Assembly (NCBI GenBank): GCA_965153455.1
Contig: OZ234493.1
Span: forward strand, 11,894,213 to 11,958,212
DNA: 64,000 bases
Source: Sphagnum compactum
Lineage: Eukaryota
Reading direction: 5' to 3'
Part shown: positions 12,279 through 27,600 of the stretch, in pieces
How the letters are laid out: each line of letters opens with the position of its first letter
Numbering within the stretch: position 1 is the first letter of the stretch
Notes under the pieces: generated by a model
The model's database searches: none
Seen by the model: the letters and a program-made list of their open reading frames with translations, nothing else
What the model was told of the DNA's origin: nothing
Position numbers and translations under genes: made by a program

Positions 12279-13990
12279 CGTCTCCAGTTGTTCTTCGCCA
12301 GGATTCTCTTCCTCTTCTTCCTCCCCGCCATAGATGAGGCCCCATTTCTGTCCGCATCTGCAACCACCGCGGCTCCTCTCGCCCCGATGCACGTCTCCCA
12401 AACCCCGACCCGCAACAACCTACCATCCGCAGCAAACCACTAGGTACCTACCTACCGCACCCGCACTTCTTTCCCACACACACAACTACCTACCCGCGAC
12501 AACCCCACCAGGTACCTACCTCCCCTGCACTTCTTCGGCACAGACAACAACATACCCGCAACGACCTACCTACCTACCTACCTACCCCCCAAATGCACAC
12601 ACAATAAAAGTTTTCCCTTTTGGGAGAAGAGGAGGGACCCCCCACAAGGCCTCTAATTATTATACGGTCGTGCCTGCCTGCCTGCCTACCTACCTACCTA
12701 CCCTGGCAAGTTCAACAATTTCAGTGTCCAATAATAATTATTTTGTTTTAAAGATTTTATGATGAAAATTGGAATATATACCAAAGTTTTTCTAAGAGAT
12801 TTTTTATTTTCTTTCACACGATTTTTTTTTCAAGTGAAGAAACTTAGATTTTAAAAAAAAATTATTTTGAAAATTCCATGTCGAAAACTTGAATATATCA
12901 TCCCCAACTAATTTTTCTAAGAGATTTTTAAATTTTCCTTCATATAATTTTTTTTCTTTGAGATTATTTAATTTTCCTTCATATGATTTTTTTCTCTTTG
13001 AGATTTAAAAATTTTCCTTAACATAATTTCGTTTCTTTGAGAATTTTTATAGAAATTTTCACATTTTTTGGAAATAATATAATTAATGTTGATGCTGCCA
13101 TGGTTGGGGAGGGGGCATGGATTTTTTGGGGGGGGGGGGGGGGGTTTTCTCACAATGTTCTCAATGATGTTCCACAAGTTACAAATGTGTTTGTTCCCCC
13201 CATGATGTTCCTTAAGTTCCCAATGTGTTTCCATCCATACCGCACTTTTATCCAATATAATTTGCTCAAAGTTCTCCCCTTCTAATATTGGTGTGCCAAA
13301 GGTAGAGGCACTCCATCTTCACATAAAAACTTTTATTTTGGGGGAGTTTCAGCTTTTCTTTTTTGTATGGACCAATCAAAATGGCTCATTACACGCCCTA
13401 AATTAAAAAAAACTTGAGAATTACCCATTTAATTACCTAATGAAGATTTTTAAAAATAGGTACCCTAACTCTTATGACAAATAAGTTTCACACTAGGGCT
13501 TGATTTACAAGTCCCAACTATGAGTAGGAATCCTATGTGGCTATATATTTTTTGGTTCATGGGTCGGACTTAGGCAAGGAGTTGTTGGGTAGAGCAAAAC
13601 CCAACTCCAAAGACAAAGTCCCAACCAATTTGTTTTAGTAAAATAATAATAAAAGTAGCTTGAGACGGTCCACTCAATGTACGAGTCTTTCTTTTTGGCA
13701 TGAAATTGAAAGTTGGCGGGGCTGGCTGTTTTTCTTCTTCTTCAAGTGTGTCGGAGTTAGAGCAAAAGGTTTAGTTAGGGCAATTTTTAATTTTTTCCAT
13801 GTGAAAAGATGAAAGGTTTTTCACAAAATTCTTTATGTGTACACTTTGGAAGAGTGTGTTGTTGGTCTGGAGAAATTTTTTTTCCCTTACAACAAGTATA
13901 GAAAGGATAATATGGTGCATTTTGGTCCATTTGCATTTCAAGGTGAAGATAAAAAAAGTTTCAAAAATAATTAATGTATGCAGATGATTC

Positions 13991-14854
13991 AAAGTGAGTA
14001 TGAAGAAGAACCATCATCATCATTTCAACACTTTGCTTGTATAGTACAAGTTGTTGAATGATAACATACTCACAATGATATGTATATGTTTTACTACTAT
14101 AAAAGACAGCAAGAATCACTAGGGTAAACTGGCCCATCACCAATCACCTGCTTACAACCGAACACTCATTTATATCTTCATCATATGTGCTTCATTTTGA
14201 GTGATTTAAAATGTTATGGGAGTGCAACCTCAAACTCTAGAAATCATCTTCGAAGTGCAAAGGAAAATGAGTAATGAAAAAAGTGGAGCATGAAGAACCA
14301 CCATCATCATCATTTCAACACTTTGCTGGTATGTTTACAAGTTGTTGAATGATAACATGCTCACAATGATAATGTATTACTACTATAAAAGACAGCAAGA
14401 ATGACTAAGGGTAGACTGGCCCATCACCAATCACCTGCTTAGTAACAAACACTCGTTTATATCTTCATCATATGTGCTTCATTTTGAGTGATTTAAAATG
14501 TTATGGGAATGCAACCTCAAACTCTAGAAATCATCTTTGAAGTGCAAAGGAAAATGAGTAATGAAAAAAGTGGAGTATGAAGAACCATCATCATCATCAT
14601 TTCAACACTTTGCTGGTATATTTACAAGTTGTTGAACGATAACATGCTCACAATGATAATGTTTTACTACTATAAAAGAGAGCAAGAATGATTAAGGGTA
14701 GACTGGCCAATCACCAATCACCTGCTTAGTAACGAACACTCATTTATGTTTTCATCATATGTGCTTCATTTTGAGTGATTTAAAATGTTATGGGAATGCA
14801 ACCTCAAACTCTAGAAATCATCTTTGAAGTGCAAAGGAAAATGAGTAACGAAAA
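13991..14854. repeat. Tandem array of three ~288-bp units
   Basis: Units start at ~13991, 14281 and 14568 (aagtg(g)agYatgaagaa...catcatttcaacactttgc...gtgcaaaggaaaatgagtaaYgaaa) and are visibly highly similar. Confidence 0.95.
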
Positions 14855-15623
14855 TAATAATAATAATAATAATATTTAAATTCCAGCTACAAAATGCGTT
14901 TTTTTTTTTTTTTTTCCTTCTTTTTGGACCCCTCTTACTTTCAAACCTCATAACTTTCTTATTTCAAACCCCTAATCCTAACCCTTTTTCTTTTTTTTTC
15001 TGAAAAGGTGTAATTTCATCCGGTGGTCCTGAGCCGTTGGATCGGGAGTCGATGGGCAATCTTGACGGTAGCAGTGCATCTTTCGACCCTGTGTGTTTCT
15101 ACGAATTCTGTAGATCTTGGATTCTACCATTGTGTCACGTAGAATTTTCAGGAAATCTATGATTTCTTTGTTAATTTATGGGTGCTCTCTGAAAGGCATA
15201 TAATAAAAAGCGTTTTGTGTCCCACAGTGTGCACGGAGGGAGGGAGAGGAAGTGAGGGAGTGAGAGAAAGAGAAGAGTGCTTTGTTTCTGGTTGCTGTGC
15301 TCCCGAAAGATTTGATGGAAGATTGCTTTCCATTGGCTCGTAAGGGAAGAATAAATTGACTCTCAAGGTTGTCGGGAATCGTAAGTGACAGATTTCAAGC
15401 TCAGTCGTGTAGGATCGAGGAAGTTGTTGGCGGAAAGACAGTGTGACGTATTGTCGTTTCGACAATTGCGGATTCGTGGAATCGTGTAAGGGTTCTCTTG
15501 AACCCCGGAGACGGACTAGAGGGGTGGGACGTCAGTGGTTCAATGTGTTGAAGATCAAAGGAACTGTAAGGTTGTAAAAGGAAAGAGGAGACGAAGAGGA
15601 GGAGAGGTGAAGGGAGGAGAGAT

Positions 15624-18600
15624 ATGTCGTCAAGCAGCGGGTTGACATTTAAGCTGCATCCTTTGGTGATAGTGAACTTATCGGATCATTATACGCGCAT
15701 CAAGGCACAGAGTGGATCTTCCTCGCCGCTGCCTCGAGTATATGGCTGCGTTCTCGGCGTGCAGACTGGGCGCACTGTGGAGATTTTCAACAGCTTTGAA
15801 CTGCACTACGACGCCACTCAAAATGTCCTGGACCGCGCATTCTTGGAATCAAAGCAAGAGCAGTGTAAGAGCCATGCGGTTGTCCTTGCGAAGAAGACCC
15901 TGAAGTTAGGGCAAGCAGTGATCGTTTGTTGCCAATTTTTCTATAGGGTTAGGGCTAGGGTTTGCAAAGATTTGGGAGCCGAATTGGAGGTAATTTATTG
16001 CCATTTTTCATGATCTCAGAATGTTTACTGTTCTCTGCATCTGCAGGACCAGATTGTGTGCTCGGTGTCCATGTGCCTTTCTGGATACCATAGATGTCTT
16101 AGCTCAAGCCCTGTGGTCAGTTTAGGGTAGGGTTAGTGAGGGCTCACGAGGTTTGTGCTCAGGCTGTTTGCCCAAGAGCTTCCATCTTCAGTGATGTGAG
16201 CTCTGTAATATAGAAAATCCTTGTGGTGTTATTTGCTGTTTACTCAGAAACTTGACTGAAGAATCAATTAAACATCTTGTTAGTTGTCCTGTGGTTTTGG
16301 TTTCACAGATAAGAAGGTCTTCCCCAAGTATGATGTACTAGGCTGGTACTCAACTGGCAGTGACATTCAGGACTCAGATATGCTCATTCATAAATCTGTA
16401 AGTTTCTTTCTGCTTTCATCCTGACACGTTCTTTTCCAGCTTTCGTGCAACTGTTCGAAAGATTCATCTAATGAAGCATTAATGAAGGGTGTGCTGCAAT
16501 TGTTGCAGCTGACAGACATCAATGAGAGCCCAGTGTACTTGTTGCTCAATCCAGCCATCAACCATGCACAAAAGGATCTGCCCATTGCTATTTTTGAAAG
16601 TGGTGGGTACTTTTACTCTTGAGAACAGTTGTGTTTCATCCATCACTAAAGGGAATTTGAAGATTTCATAATTGTTTGGTTGTGTGTTGCACACAGTTCT
16701 AGTCCCTTTTGCCAAGAAATAACTGCCATCATCTAATTTGTCTAAGTAAATTAGACAAATATCTGTATGTTCCATATTTCGATAGGATCTGAAAATTGCT
16801 TCTCCAGTATCTGTGAGTTATGTGTGACCAGTGTATGTATGATGGGGTTTTTATCTTTCCAGAAATAGTGTTGCTCCAGTTTGATGTTGGACCCTGACTA
16901 GCATTCCCCCAACAACTGATTGCATGCAGAGCTGCATGTTATTGAGGGGGTGCCATCCCTTATATTTGTTAATGCAAGCTACACCATTGAGGTGATCTTT
17001 ACCTGTAGTTTTTTGCTCCCTTGTGGACACTTTCAAGTATTGAATGCTAAAAATCAGCTCTGGATCCTTGATGCATGATTTTTTATTGAACTGGTATTTT
17101 GGCACACTCAAGCACCAGAATGATTCTGGACTAAAGACACCTTATACCTGAATATGTCTGAATTTAAAAATAGATTGGGTGGTTTAAGACTCTTATTGGA
17201 ATTTATATGTGTTGAGGTATACTTTATATTTGCAGCGAATGGTCCAAAAATGGATTTCTGTGTAACCCAACCCTGCACTATGATGGTGAGCCTCTGCAGG
17301 ATATCATGTTCTTGAACTTATCAGGTGGAATTTGTGGATGGGTGTAGACAGTGGAGGCAGAGCGGATATCAGTGGACCATGTGGCACATATCAAGCCTTC
17401 CGATGGAAACTCAGCTGCTACACAGTGTAATTTCTTATCATTTCTTAGCCAATGTACTCTTCAGGTTGCAAACTGAGAGAACACTTTTAGACTGCTCTGC
17501 TAAGAGAATCAAGTTGCTGGTTGTGTAGTTCTCAGAGTTACAGAGTTTTGAGGTTTCAAATTAGAGACTTTCTGACTGAATTGTCATGCCTGCTACTGAT
17601 GGGAGAGCTTTGTGGCCCCCCTGAAGGAAATGCAGTGGCAGCCCATTTGACAGGTATGCACAGTGCCATAAAGATGTTAAACAGCCGCATCAGAGTTCTA
17701 CACCACCATCTTGTGTCTATTCAGAAAGGTATGTGACTCACCCTGTGTCACCATATGCATTCATCCACTCAAGTGTTGTATGACATTGTGCCATGAGCAT
17801 GTGGCCTTTTGGAGATACACTTCTTAGTTCCTTTCATCAGTAGACAATTGAGCTCTCGTACTGATTATGAAGATTGTTTGTACAGGAGAAGCTCCATATG
17901 ACCATTCACTTCTACGGCAAGTTTCCAGCCTAATTCGCAGACTACCTGCAATTGATTCTTCAAGATTTCAGGATGATTTTCTCATGGTATGTACTCATTT
18001 GAAGTGGGTTGAGCATTGGTTGCTCTGAGTAAATTCCCTGAGGAGAAAAAGACTAATCCTTCTGGACCCATTTTTGTGATTGCTGAAGTCCTAAAAATCT
18101 CTATTTTGCAATTATAGTCTGCATTTAACTACTCAACAGGCTTGTTTGACTGATAGGAGCATTTTTCTCTTGGTTGACAGGAGTACAATGATACTTTACT
18201 TATGACTTACTTGGCCACCATTACAAAGTGCTCCAGGTATGATCGAGTAGTGAATTGCAGCTCTGTAACAGCCCACCATGGTAGTCATCTTGTTATGTAA
18301 CTCCACGTATATGGTTTTTGGTGCCACTAGTAATTTTTGTATGCAACACAAAATCTTAAGCTCGGGCCTAACAATTGACAACCAAATTGCTTCATCATGT
18401 TGGATATTCTGAAGCTGAGGGGTGAAAACAGTCCATATTCATATCTTTAGAATGCTGTTTATTCATCTGGACAATTTAAGAATGAGACTTTTGATTGAAG
18501 GCAAGGATCCCACCTTACAAGATGTGGTGGAAGAAAGGAGAAATTTCCGTAGAATTTAACATAAGGTGTTCTAACATAGATGTGGCTGCCTGTTTCATGC

Positions 18601-18684
18601 AGTACTATGAATGAGCTGGTAGATAAATTTAATACAGCATATGACAAGCAAAATCGGCGGGGAGGACGCTCCACCTTCATCTAG
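15624..18684 (+). CDS. CSN6: COP9 signalosome subunit 6 (MPN domain); exons 15624-15864, 16309-16397, 16509-16602, 16930-16991, 17348-17426, 17636-17728, 17886-17986, 18181-18236, 18603-18684
   Basis: FKLHPLVIVNLSDHYTR, GRTVEIFNSFEL, VLGWYSTG, TVEAERISVDHVA, HSAIKMLNSRI, EYNDTLL, MNELVDKFN. All introns are GT-AG and in frame. Confidence 0.96.
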
Positions 18685-21600
18685 GTGAATGGTCTCTCTT
18701 TTAACGTTCAGGCACTTGCAGTCTTTGTTATAGGCATAAACAAATGAATTTGATTGATTGCAGAAAGGAAGTGGTCCTGGGCTGATCATAGTTTGCTCTT
18801 AGGTTGATAGCAATGCAAATCACCTATACTGAAAACTTGACCTGTAATCTATTTTGGGAGAGGTGATGATGATCTATAAGTTTGTGTAGATTTTAACTTA
18901 AGGAAGACTTAATGAAAATTTGTGTGAAATTTTATGTCTTTCTTATTTTGCCCATGTCTTATTTATGGGCCATCTTTCAATTCTGTTCAGGTTTATGTAT
19001 ATTTTAAGTATGTAGAAGTTTGCAGTACTTAGGAAGATATGACTTCCCTTGTCTTGTAGGTTCTTGATGGCCAGACTTTTCTGCTAAAGGTGAGCAAATG
19101 ACATGAAAGCTGTGAGGCAACAATGCTTCATTTCCAGGCTTGTTCTCTTTACCAAATAGTTCATGAAGAGCATATTAATAGTGTCACCACTGGCATTTTG
19201 GTTCTTTGAAACTTCCTCCCAACCATGTCATGGGTATTGTCCTGGTGGTCAGCCAAAACAGTGATGATTGCGTTATCAGCATGCAAGTGAATAGTTAGTG
19301 AGGATGGGTTTAACCACAGTTTAGCTGTCGAGTGAGCAGAGATCTAGTTGTAGCTTTACAGGAAGCATATATTGTCCAACCACGTTTAGCTGTGTACATT
19401 GAGAATATACAGGACAATGCCAAAGAGTGTTTTTTGTTACCTGGCTGGTTAGCAACTGGTTGCTTTTTACACTTCCAAGAGAGCAGGCTGTCTTACATTA
19501 GAAGCTTGTGAACTCATTGTTTGTGAGTCATTTTGAAGGGTCTCAACAAATTTTGAATATTCTCTTTTTTCAGTGAAGTTCGCTTTGAGACAAGTTATGC
19601 ATACTGCAGACAGTCAAATGGCAGATGTGCTCTGCATCTTAATCATGTGGATTAGGATGTCAATTTTGTAAGCACTGACCTGTCTGGACTCCTTCCTTGA
19701 AATATAGACTTGAACATTTTCTCCTTGAGTGAGTGAGCTAAACATTTAACATTAGAAATTGACTTAATTTTGTTTTCCTGCAAAAAAAAAATAAAAATGA
19801 CTAGCACCTTGTGTATTCTTCAGCTCAAAGATTGTGTACATTTATGCAAGACTAGGTGTTTTTGTCTTCGATGCATAGTCCTTTCGTTGTGATACAGCCC
19901 ACAAGTGATAAGACTACATTTGTAACGGGACCATAGTTTCACATGTCAATCTCGCAATCTGTGTATCACTTTACTTGATATGGTTCATGGCTAAAAGTAT
20001 TTTATGCAGGTCCCTTTAATTTTTTGGGACATTATATTTTCTCAACAGAAACATCTATTGCTTGTTTTTGTGGCACAGAATTTTGGGTCCCTGTTGTCTC
20101 TTCAATAGTCCGAAACAAGCAATGATATGCAATCAACCAGTCCTTGCCCATATACCTGGCAAGCAACTACTTCCCTTATGTTCCCGTGCTTTGTCTCTAT
20201 TGATGGACCCTAAACCCTTATCACACAGGAATTTCAAGCATTTGAAACTAGAGACAGTTTCAAGCTTGAAAATCGGGGATGTAGAAATGCAAATCACCAT
20301 GAGTCTTTGGAATTCTGAAAACATCTCCAAAACGTAATTTTTATTCCTAATACGTGTTGAATAAATCCTTTTGGATACATATTGAAATATGGTTGAGATT
20401 GGCATGTAATTTTTTTATGATTCAAATTATAACTCACTTACAACAAGCAAGAATCTAAGCTCAAAACACAAATCGAAAATTAACATAATCTAGATGCACA
20501 AGAATTTTACATAAAATTTATTTTTAAAAAAAAAAAAAAAACCTACAAAACAAAAAAAACACATTATATTTTTGTGATTTGAAAACTCCCAATTTAAAAC
20601 TATATTTCAACAATAAAATAATTTCGAACTTTGTTCACATTTGAATCGATTCCGAGATAAAAACAGAAATTCCTAATTATTGGAAACCTCACAAATCAAC
20701 TAAACTAACATTGTTGACAATACCATCAATTTCTTAGAAATTATAAATTATTATCACTTAATATATGTATTTTCTGTTATTTTTCATTTTTTGTCATCCT
20801 TGATGTTGTTTAAGTATGTTTTTGTTGTTGATGAAGCTTAAGTCATCCCTCAATCAAAATGCCCCATTGATTTGAATTTTTGTTTAAAATGTTCAAATTT
20901 GGAAACATTTGTTAGGTCAACAATCAATCTTGGGATATCTTTTTGGGACCTTGGCTTAGCAACAATCATAGTGATTTAAAGGTTCAAAAAGCTTTGGAAA
21001 TGTTAGATGAGCTGGGTTTTCATTAATTTTTAAAAAGGACCAAAGTTTAAGGGAGAATTAACTTTCAATAGTTAAGAAATAAAAAATAATTAAAATAAGA
21101 AAATATATCACCCATTCCAAGGAAAGGATGTTTAAATGGGGGAAAATAAAATGTTCACCTTTAAATCATGTGTGGAGATGATATTAAAATATTGTTAATA
21201 CCACTTCCACTAAATATTAATGAATTTAATGTTTAAAATGAGTTTAACAAGTCTAACTAATTTTGTAAACACGACATTGATAAAGATAATGTAAACTTGT
21301 CAACTTTGATAGATATTTCATTTTCAATGTTGAATTCAACATATTTTTTATTTTGATTAAAAGGTGTCCACTAAAATATTATAAAAATTTAATTTGAAAT
21401 TTATTTATTTTTAATTTTTATAATTGGTTTCATCAATGTAACATGATAATGTAAAATTATTATTTTAATTTTTTCAATATTATCACATTGAAAATATCAG
21501 AATATTAATTATAATGAAATTTCATATTATTTTATTTGTAGTTTGATTTTTAGTACAAGCCACAAGCTATTGTCATGTTAAGTTTAATGTTATCGCTTGT

Positions 21601-24600
21601 TGAATTATGAACATTATGAAAATTGATCAATATAAAATCCACTGAGGAATGAATGGAAATAATGTGGGGAAAAAAATGGGGAAAGGAAATATTTGTTGCA
21701 AGATTTTATTTTCTTTGAAAAAAAAAGTTCATCAATTTTATTTTATTTTTGGGGTCAACGTAGTTCCTTTCATATGAAACAAAATGTTAAAATTTAGGAC
21801 AACAAACACAATTTGCAATCATGTGTGTAAGTCAAAAACTTTAAATATAATTTAATATTCATGTTTCAAAACATAAATAATGCATAATTTAATATATCAT
21901 TAAATCTAAAAGTGTAGTTGTTGAATGAAAAGATGAAACACAAATGCACTTGAATGTGAATCATGCATTTTAAAATAACAACATGCACAAAGGAATTTCA
22001 AAGTTTTCAAAACTTTGGTGCGATACATTGTGATAGTAGGATGAGAGACATGTGATCAAAATATTAATTTTTTGTATAATGTAAAATTTTAAATCAAAAA
22101 TCAAACTTTGAACATGTTTCAACTACATAAAAAATGAAGTATATGAATTTTTTTTTTTAAATTATGATTAATTTGCATGGTTTTTAAATTCTTACCCATT
22201 TCAATTTGCAACCCAATTTGCAAGCATTGGTGTATTGTTGACGAATTAAATCAATTATTTTCTTCTTCCTTATTTAAAAGCCTTATTTTCTTTTTATTTT
22301 CCTTCTTGTAAAATTTTTATGACAATAAATCATTCATCCTCCCATGCATTTAATTCAAATAATGACACACATTAAAAGAAAGTTGCAACCCTACAACACA
22401 TTCATGAAATGTGGAAAAAACACATGATTTAATCAATTCATAATATTTTCAAAGATTATGTGTTTTCTTTCACAAATGTTTTTGAAAATTACAACATCTT
22501 TATAGATAATATAGTGTCATAAATGCTAAGGTATTATGTTAAAAAAATAATGTAAATATATAAATGACATTCATGCACAATAAATTATGCAATAAACAAG
22601 ATGGATTGTTTTCTTCTAGTAGGTCATATTTGCATAAAGGACAAGATCATGAAATGAGTTTTAAAAGACATATAAATCATTTGATTTCATCAAATCATGT
22701 TTGTTTTATGGCAACATTTTCATTTTCTATCATATTTTGCAATGTCAACAACAATTTTAAGGGTTTCCATAAGTTGCAAGGATATTTTAAATCCATATAA
22801 TAGGAATTGATAATTCTTATATTGAATAAAAAATACAAAAAACATATTTTTATTATGTAATCAATGTTTTTAAACAATAATCAATCATTAAACATAATTA
22901 GATTGATTAGAATTTTTTTGGATATGTTTACCAATATATTGAAAATAATATTGTATAACAAGTCCATTTGTAGTTCTTTTCCTTTTTTTAATAGTCCAAA
23001 ATACACAAAATTAAGCAGTGGTTACAATTATTAATGGTATGTGTTAGTGCAATTGAACCCACTTGCTCCCTCTTGCCCTTTGTGCATGTAATTCCCACTT
23101 AATATTTACATAATTCCAATAAATCATCTATCAAACAAAAAAAAAGTAGGTAGGGGATTGATTACCTTACATAGTATCAAAATGCATAATTGTTGTAATG
23201 ACAACCACTAATGGACCATATACATGTTCACACAAACTAATTCCAATTATCATCATCATTAGAATTAGGTGACAAGTGACAACATTGAAATTGAAATGCA
23301 TATATAAATTCTATCAAATTAAAGAATGAAAATCAAAACATTTACAATTGAGGTTGCCCTAGATTGAAAACAATTTGTCCAACACAAAGTTGACTAAAAC
23401 CCACACTGCAAACATGAAAAGAAATGTTTACAAACTCTGACTACATGAACTAATTTTCCATTTCTTTGAGCTCCAAAAGGCTTGCTTCTTTTAACAAATC
23501 TTCATTTTATTTCATGAACATATCTTTCACATAACTATAGAAAGCAATCACCCACTTCATGGTCAATGCTTATATGATTGAAAACCTAAATTAATTGAGG
23601 GTTGGACTTTATGTGAGCATATTAGGAACAACATCAATACAAGGTTTGATGATCATAGGAAGAAGAAAAAAGATAGAAATCAAAATTTTGGTAAAGAACA
23701 AGGCCATAGTCGTTCTCAAGGTCCTACAAAGAGACGTGTGAAAAAAGGAAAAACATTATAAATGACCTAGGTGGCACACATAGACAAATCTAAAATCAAG
23801 TTCACAACAACAAAATATGAATTTGTTGTTCGCATTGCACACCTTTGTGTCACACATAAACAAATCCAATCTTATCATGATGCTTGAATTCCAACAATTT
23901 ATTATTAATTTAAAAAAAAATTAGCACCAAATATAGTCTCTCATGGTAATTTTGATAATAGAATGACAATAAATTACTAGAATAATTTTGGTTTTACTAT
24001 AGTCTTAAATAGGAACTATAGTTTAGTTCCCATGTTAATTCCACGACATCATGAACTTGCGATTTCAATTGTTGAATCATTTCCTTATTCATTATTAGTT
24101 TTGGGTCATAATTTTAGATCTAAAATCATTGGTTATAAGGGCCAAAATAAATAATTGCCCAAATTTATGACTACCCATGTGACCCAAACCCATGAACACA
24201 CCTTACTATTTTGCCCCATTAAGTGAATGAACCCCAGTTGCAACCCACCCAAGTTAGTATGTTCAAGTTACCTATTTACCTCCTTGTTAACCTTCCTTTC
24301 CTCCTTCATACTACCTCCTCCCTAGTCCATTGTTATTGTCATCTCCAAAAATTGTAAAATTCTTCCACCATTGCCATCAAACTTTTCAACTAGGTCCCTT
24401 GGTTTTACTCTTGTTATTGTCATATTGTTGTTTTAGTGCACTCCCCCTTTATCTATCACTTTCTCTTGCCTTGTTTAATAGACCAATAATATAAGCTTCT
24501 CATGTTATTTTGGAAAGCTCCCACATTTGCATTGTGCAAGTACTGAGAACCTCCTAATGTGAAAGGAAAGACCTTAATTACCATCTCCCCCCCCCTTTCA

Positions 24601-27600
24601 CATATAAGCTCCACCTTATTTCTATTTTTTTTTTCCTCATTTCATGTTGTCAACTTGTTGTGCAAACAGGTGGGGAACTTGGAAAGGGACGGGGAATCAA
24701 GATCCCCACTACCATTGTCATCATCTTGATTTACAAAGCGATAGGGAGTTTGGCTCCCTATCATGATCAATCACGTGATGAGGATTGGCATGTTAACAAA
24801 TTGTTGGCTTAAATAACCAATTTTTTTTACTAAACCAAAAATTGTTTGGTGTTGGTTTTGATTGAAGTTTCAATCAAAAAAAAAAAAGGAAAATGACACA
24901 ATCTCTTGTAGTGATCTATGTAGTTTGACCTCATTTTTTCTTTGCTTTCGTTGCTAGTTTTGGTGAAGGTTAAGTCCAACGTATTTTAAATTTGTAAATG
25001 TGATTCAAGATGGTGACTTCCATGTTTGGTGTTTTGACTTAACAGTGATTTTTGAAATTGTTGTTGAACACAAAACAAACATGTTTTTCGTTTTCTCAGA
25101 TTTTCTATTACAAAAATTGAATTATCTTAATTCAAAATTCTTACAATCAAAATGTAGGCATAATGATGGTGTGCTTACACACATTGGAAGTGAAACTTTA
25201 TCTTGCATCCATTGAACCTAATTCATTGTATGCTTTGATAATTGATTCATTGTGTTGTTACAAAAGGATGGCTTCAATCACTTTTATTTTCTTGTTTTGT
25301 AGGATAGGGAATGGGACCAAAGAGGGTTGCAAACATTTTGGAGCTAAAAGATACTTCTCTAGAACCTTTTAAGTATCTACAAACTACCATCTTCAAATTA
25401 TCCACGCATGAATAGTTCTAATCCTACACAAATTTTTGCAATTACTAAGATGTTTGCAATTTGGAATGCTAAGATGTTCTTCTTTGATGGATACTAATGT
25501 GTTTGGTTGTAATTATGCAGTTTCAAGATGTAACAAAACTTGGGTTAAATGAGAAACTAATTTGTGACATTCTTAGTAAACTAAAATTTATGGTCTTTCT
25601 TTAGTTTTTTTAGTTGTCAAATAATAAAGTTTGAACATTTTATTTCAAACTATTGATATTGACAACTTTTCACTAAACCATCTATGTAGTTGAAATGTTG
25701 GTTACTTTATTTTGTTTATTTCACATAAGAATTTAACAACTAACAAGTTTAGATTACTATACCTACACCTAAGATTTAATATTAAATAATTCCCAAAGAG
25801 GAAAGTTGAAACAAATGAAATTACGGAGACCTACTAAAAAACTTGAGAATTTGAATTCATGATCTTTTGATTAAAAGATATAATCCCTTTTTATATTAAA
25901 AAATTATGTGCATCTCTTGTACTTAAAAACTAATTATCAAAATTTTGGAAAATTAAAATGGGGCTATCAAATCCATTTTGTTGAAAATATATGATTTTGA
26001 TAGTTGATGCCAAATGCTAGTTATGGGTATGGTATCCATTTTAACATGAACAAATGTAAGCATATGTTCATTCATGAGAATTTCATTAAGTTAGACTATT
26101 AAAAATATGTATAAAAAATCATATCAACACAAACTTATTCTAATAACAAATGAAAGGTATTTTATAACTTTTTGGAACATTCACAAGCATATGTTGTAAG
26201 AATATAAACAATTAGCAAAATAATAGACTTGACTACAAAGTGATTCCATTTATAATAGCAAATACAATGTAAACATGTGCCGAAATGATATATGACATTT
26301 TATTTGGATCATATCTTATTCATGACTTTCTCAAATGGTTAAGGATCTAAGAGCTATCCACTATGTAAACATATACAATGATCCCTAAATAACACAATTA
26401 TTCATGCAACCCAAAATTTCTTCCATGTTCCAATTCCCAATCCCAATGGCAACTCCTTTTCTCATGGAAGTTCAAATAGAAATATCTTCCCCAAAAGAAA
26501 AAAGGTATCCAAAAGACCAACCTTTTTAAAAACTTGATAACACTTTATTATTAATAGCAATTAAAACATAATTAAAAAGGCCAAACAAAAATCCTTCCAC
26601 ATATAACATAGGTATTTAAAACACTCCAAAAGTGGAAGGACACTTTCCTCCTACTTAACAAACCACCTCAATGGATCTCAATTATCTTTCTTCTGATCTC
26701 CACACCTCTTGGCTTCCCACACAAAAAGTTCCCTCCTTGCATGATCAATTGCCTCTTGCTCCTTAGCTCAAGTGCTTCTTCTTCCCCCTCCAATCCCTAG
26801 ATACCCTTTCTCTTGTGACCCCATTTTTTGCTTAGACTTTCATTTTGGCCCAAACGAAAAAAAGGCCATATACTTTGCTGCCATGGTGCGAGTAAGATAC
26901 ATAGTGAATCAATCAGAGGCTGATGCAAAACTATTGAAGGAGTTGTCATTGGTATGTATAACTTTTTATTACCTACCCACAACTTTTAATTCTAACTCAA
27001 TCCCATTCATCAATTGATCGAAGAATGAAAGTACATTGGGTGCAAAAGCTCAAAAATGTTAGGATGGGTATGATGACCACCATCATGATGATGACGATTA
27101 GGGATGTCAGGGATTCAAAGAACAAATGAGTAAGGTTTTGAACTTGAGGTAGGGTTGGTTTGGCTTTAAAAGAAGTTGACCCTTTTTTAAAATCTTCATT
27201 ATACGCTTCAATTACATACAGTAGGGTAAACCATAAGACCAGCATTGCAACAGAACGTGTGTCTCAAGCTACAAGTTCAACACCATGGCCATATCTTAAA
27301 AGTTCTTACAATTGTTGAAGATACATCTGCATGTATACCCAACACAAGTAAATGTTCAAAATCCTCATGCACACAATACTAATGACATCCCAATTTATAC
27401 TCATTGGAGAAGTAAATTGCTACATATAGTAATCTGAATTTCAACCTATGAGTATGTGATAGAGTTTTTGCAGGTGATATTGGGTTTGAAAGTGACAAGA
27501 AACTTCCAAGGTGAACACTACCCATTACTGCCATATTTGAAAACTAACTTTGCTGACCAAGTTATACAAATTGCACCCATGTTTTTAGCATCACCAATTT

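Noticed and set aside
12420-12720. (CCTA)n-rich ORF 12334-12762
   Set aside because: A simple tacc/cctac repeat in the TBL upstream region, with a similar tract at ~57070; not coding.
13991-14854. CRISPR-like array (also considered for 49300-49910 and 58385-58575)
   Set aside because: These are head-to-tail tandem units without unique spacers, in a eukaryotic context with no cas genes.
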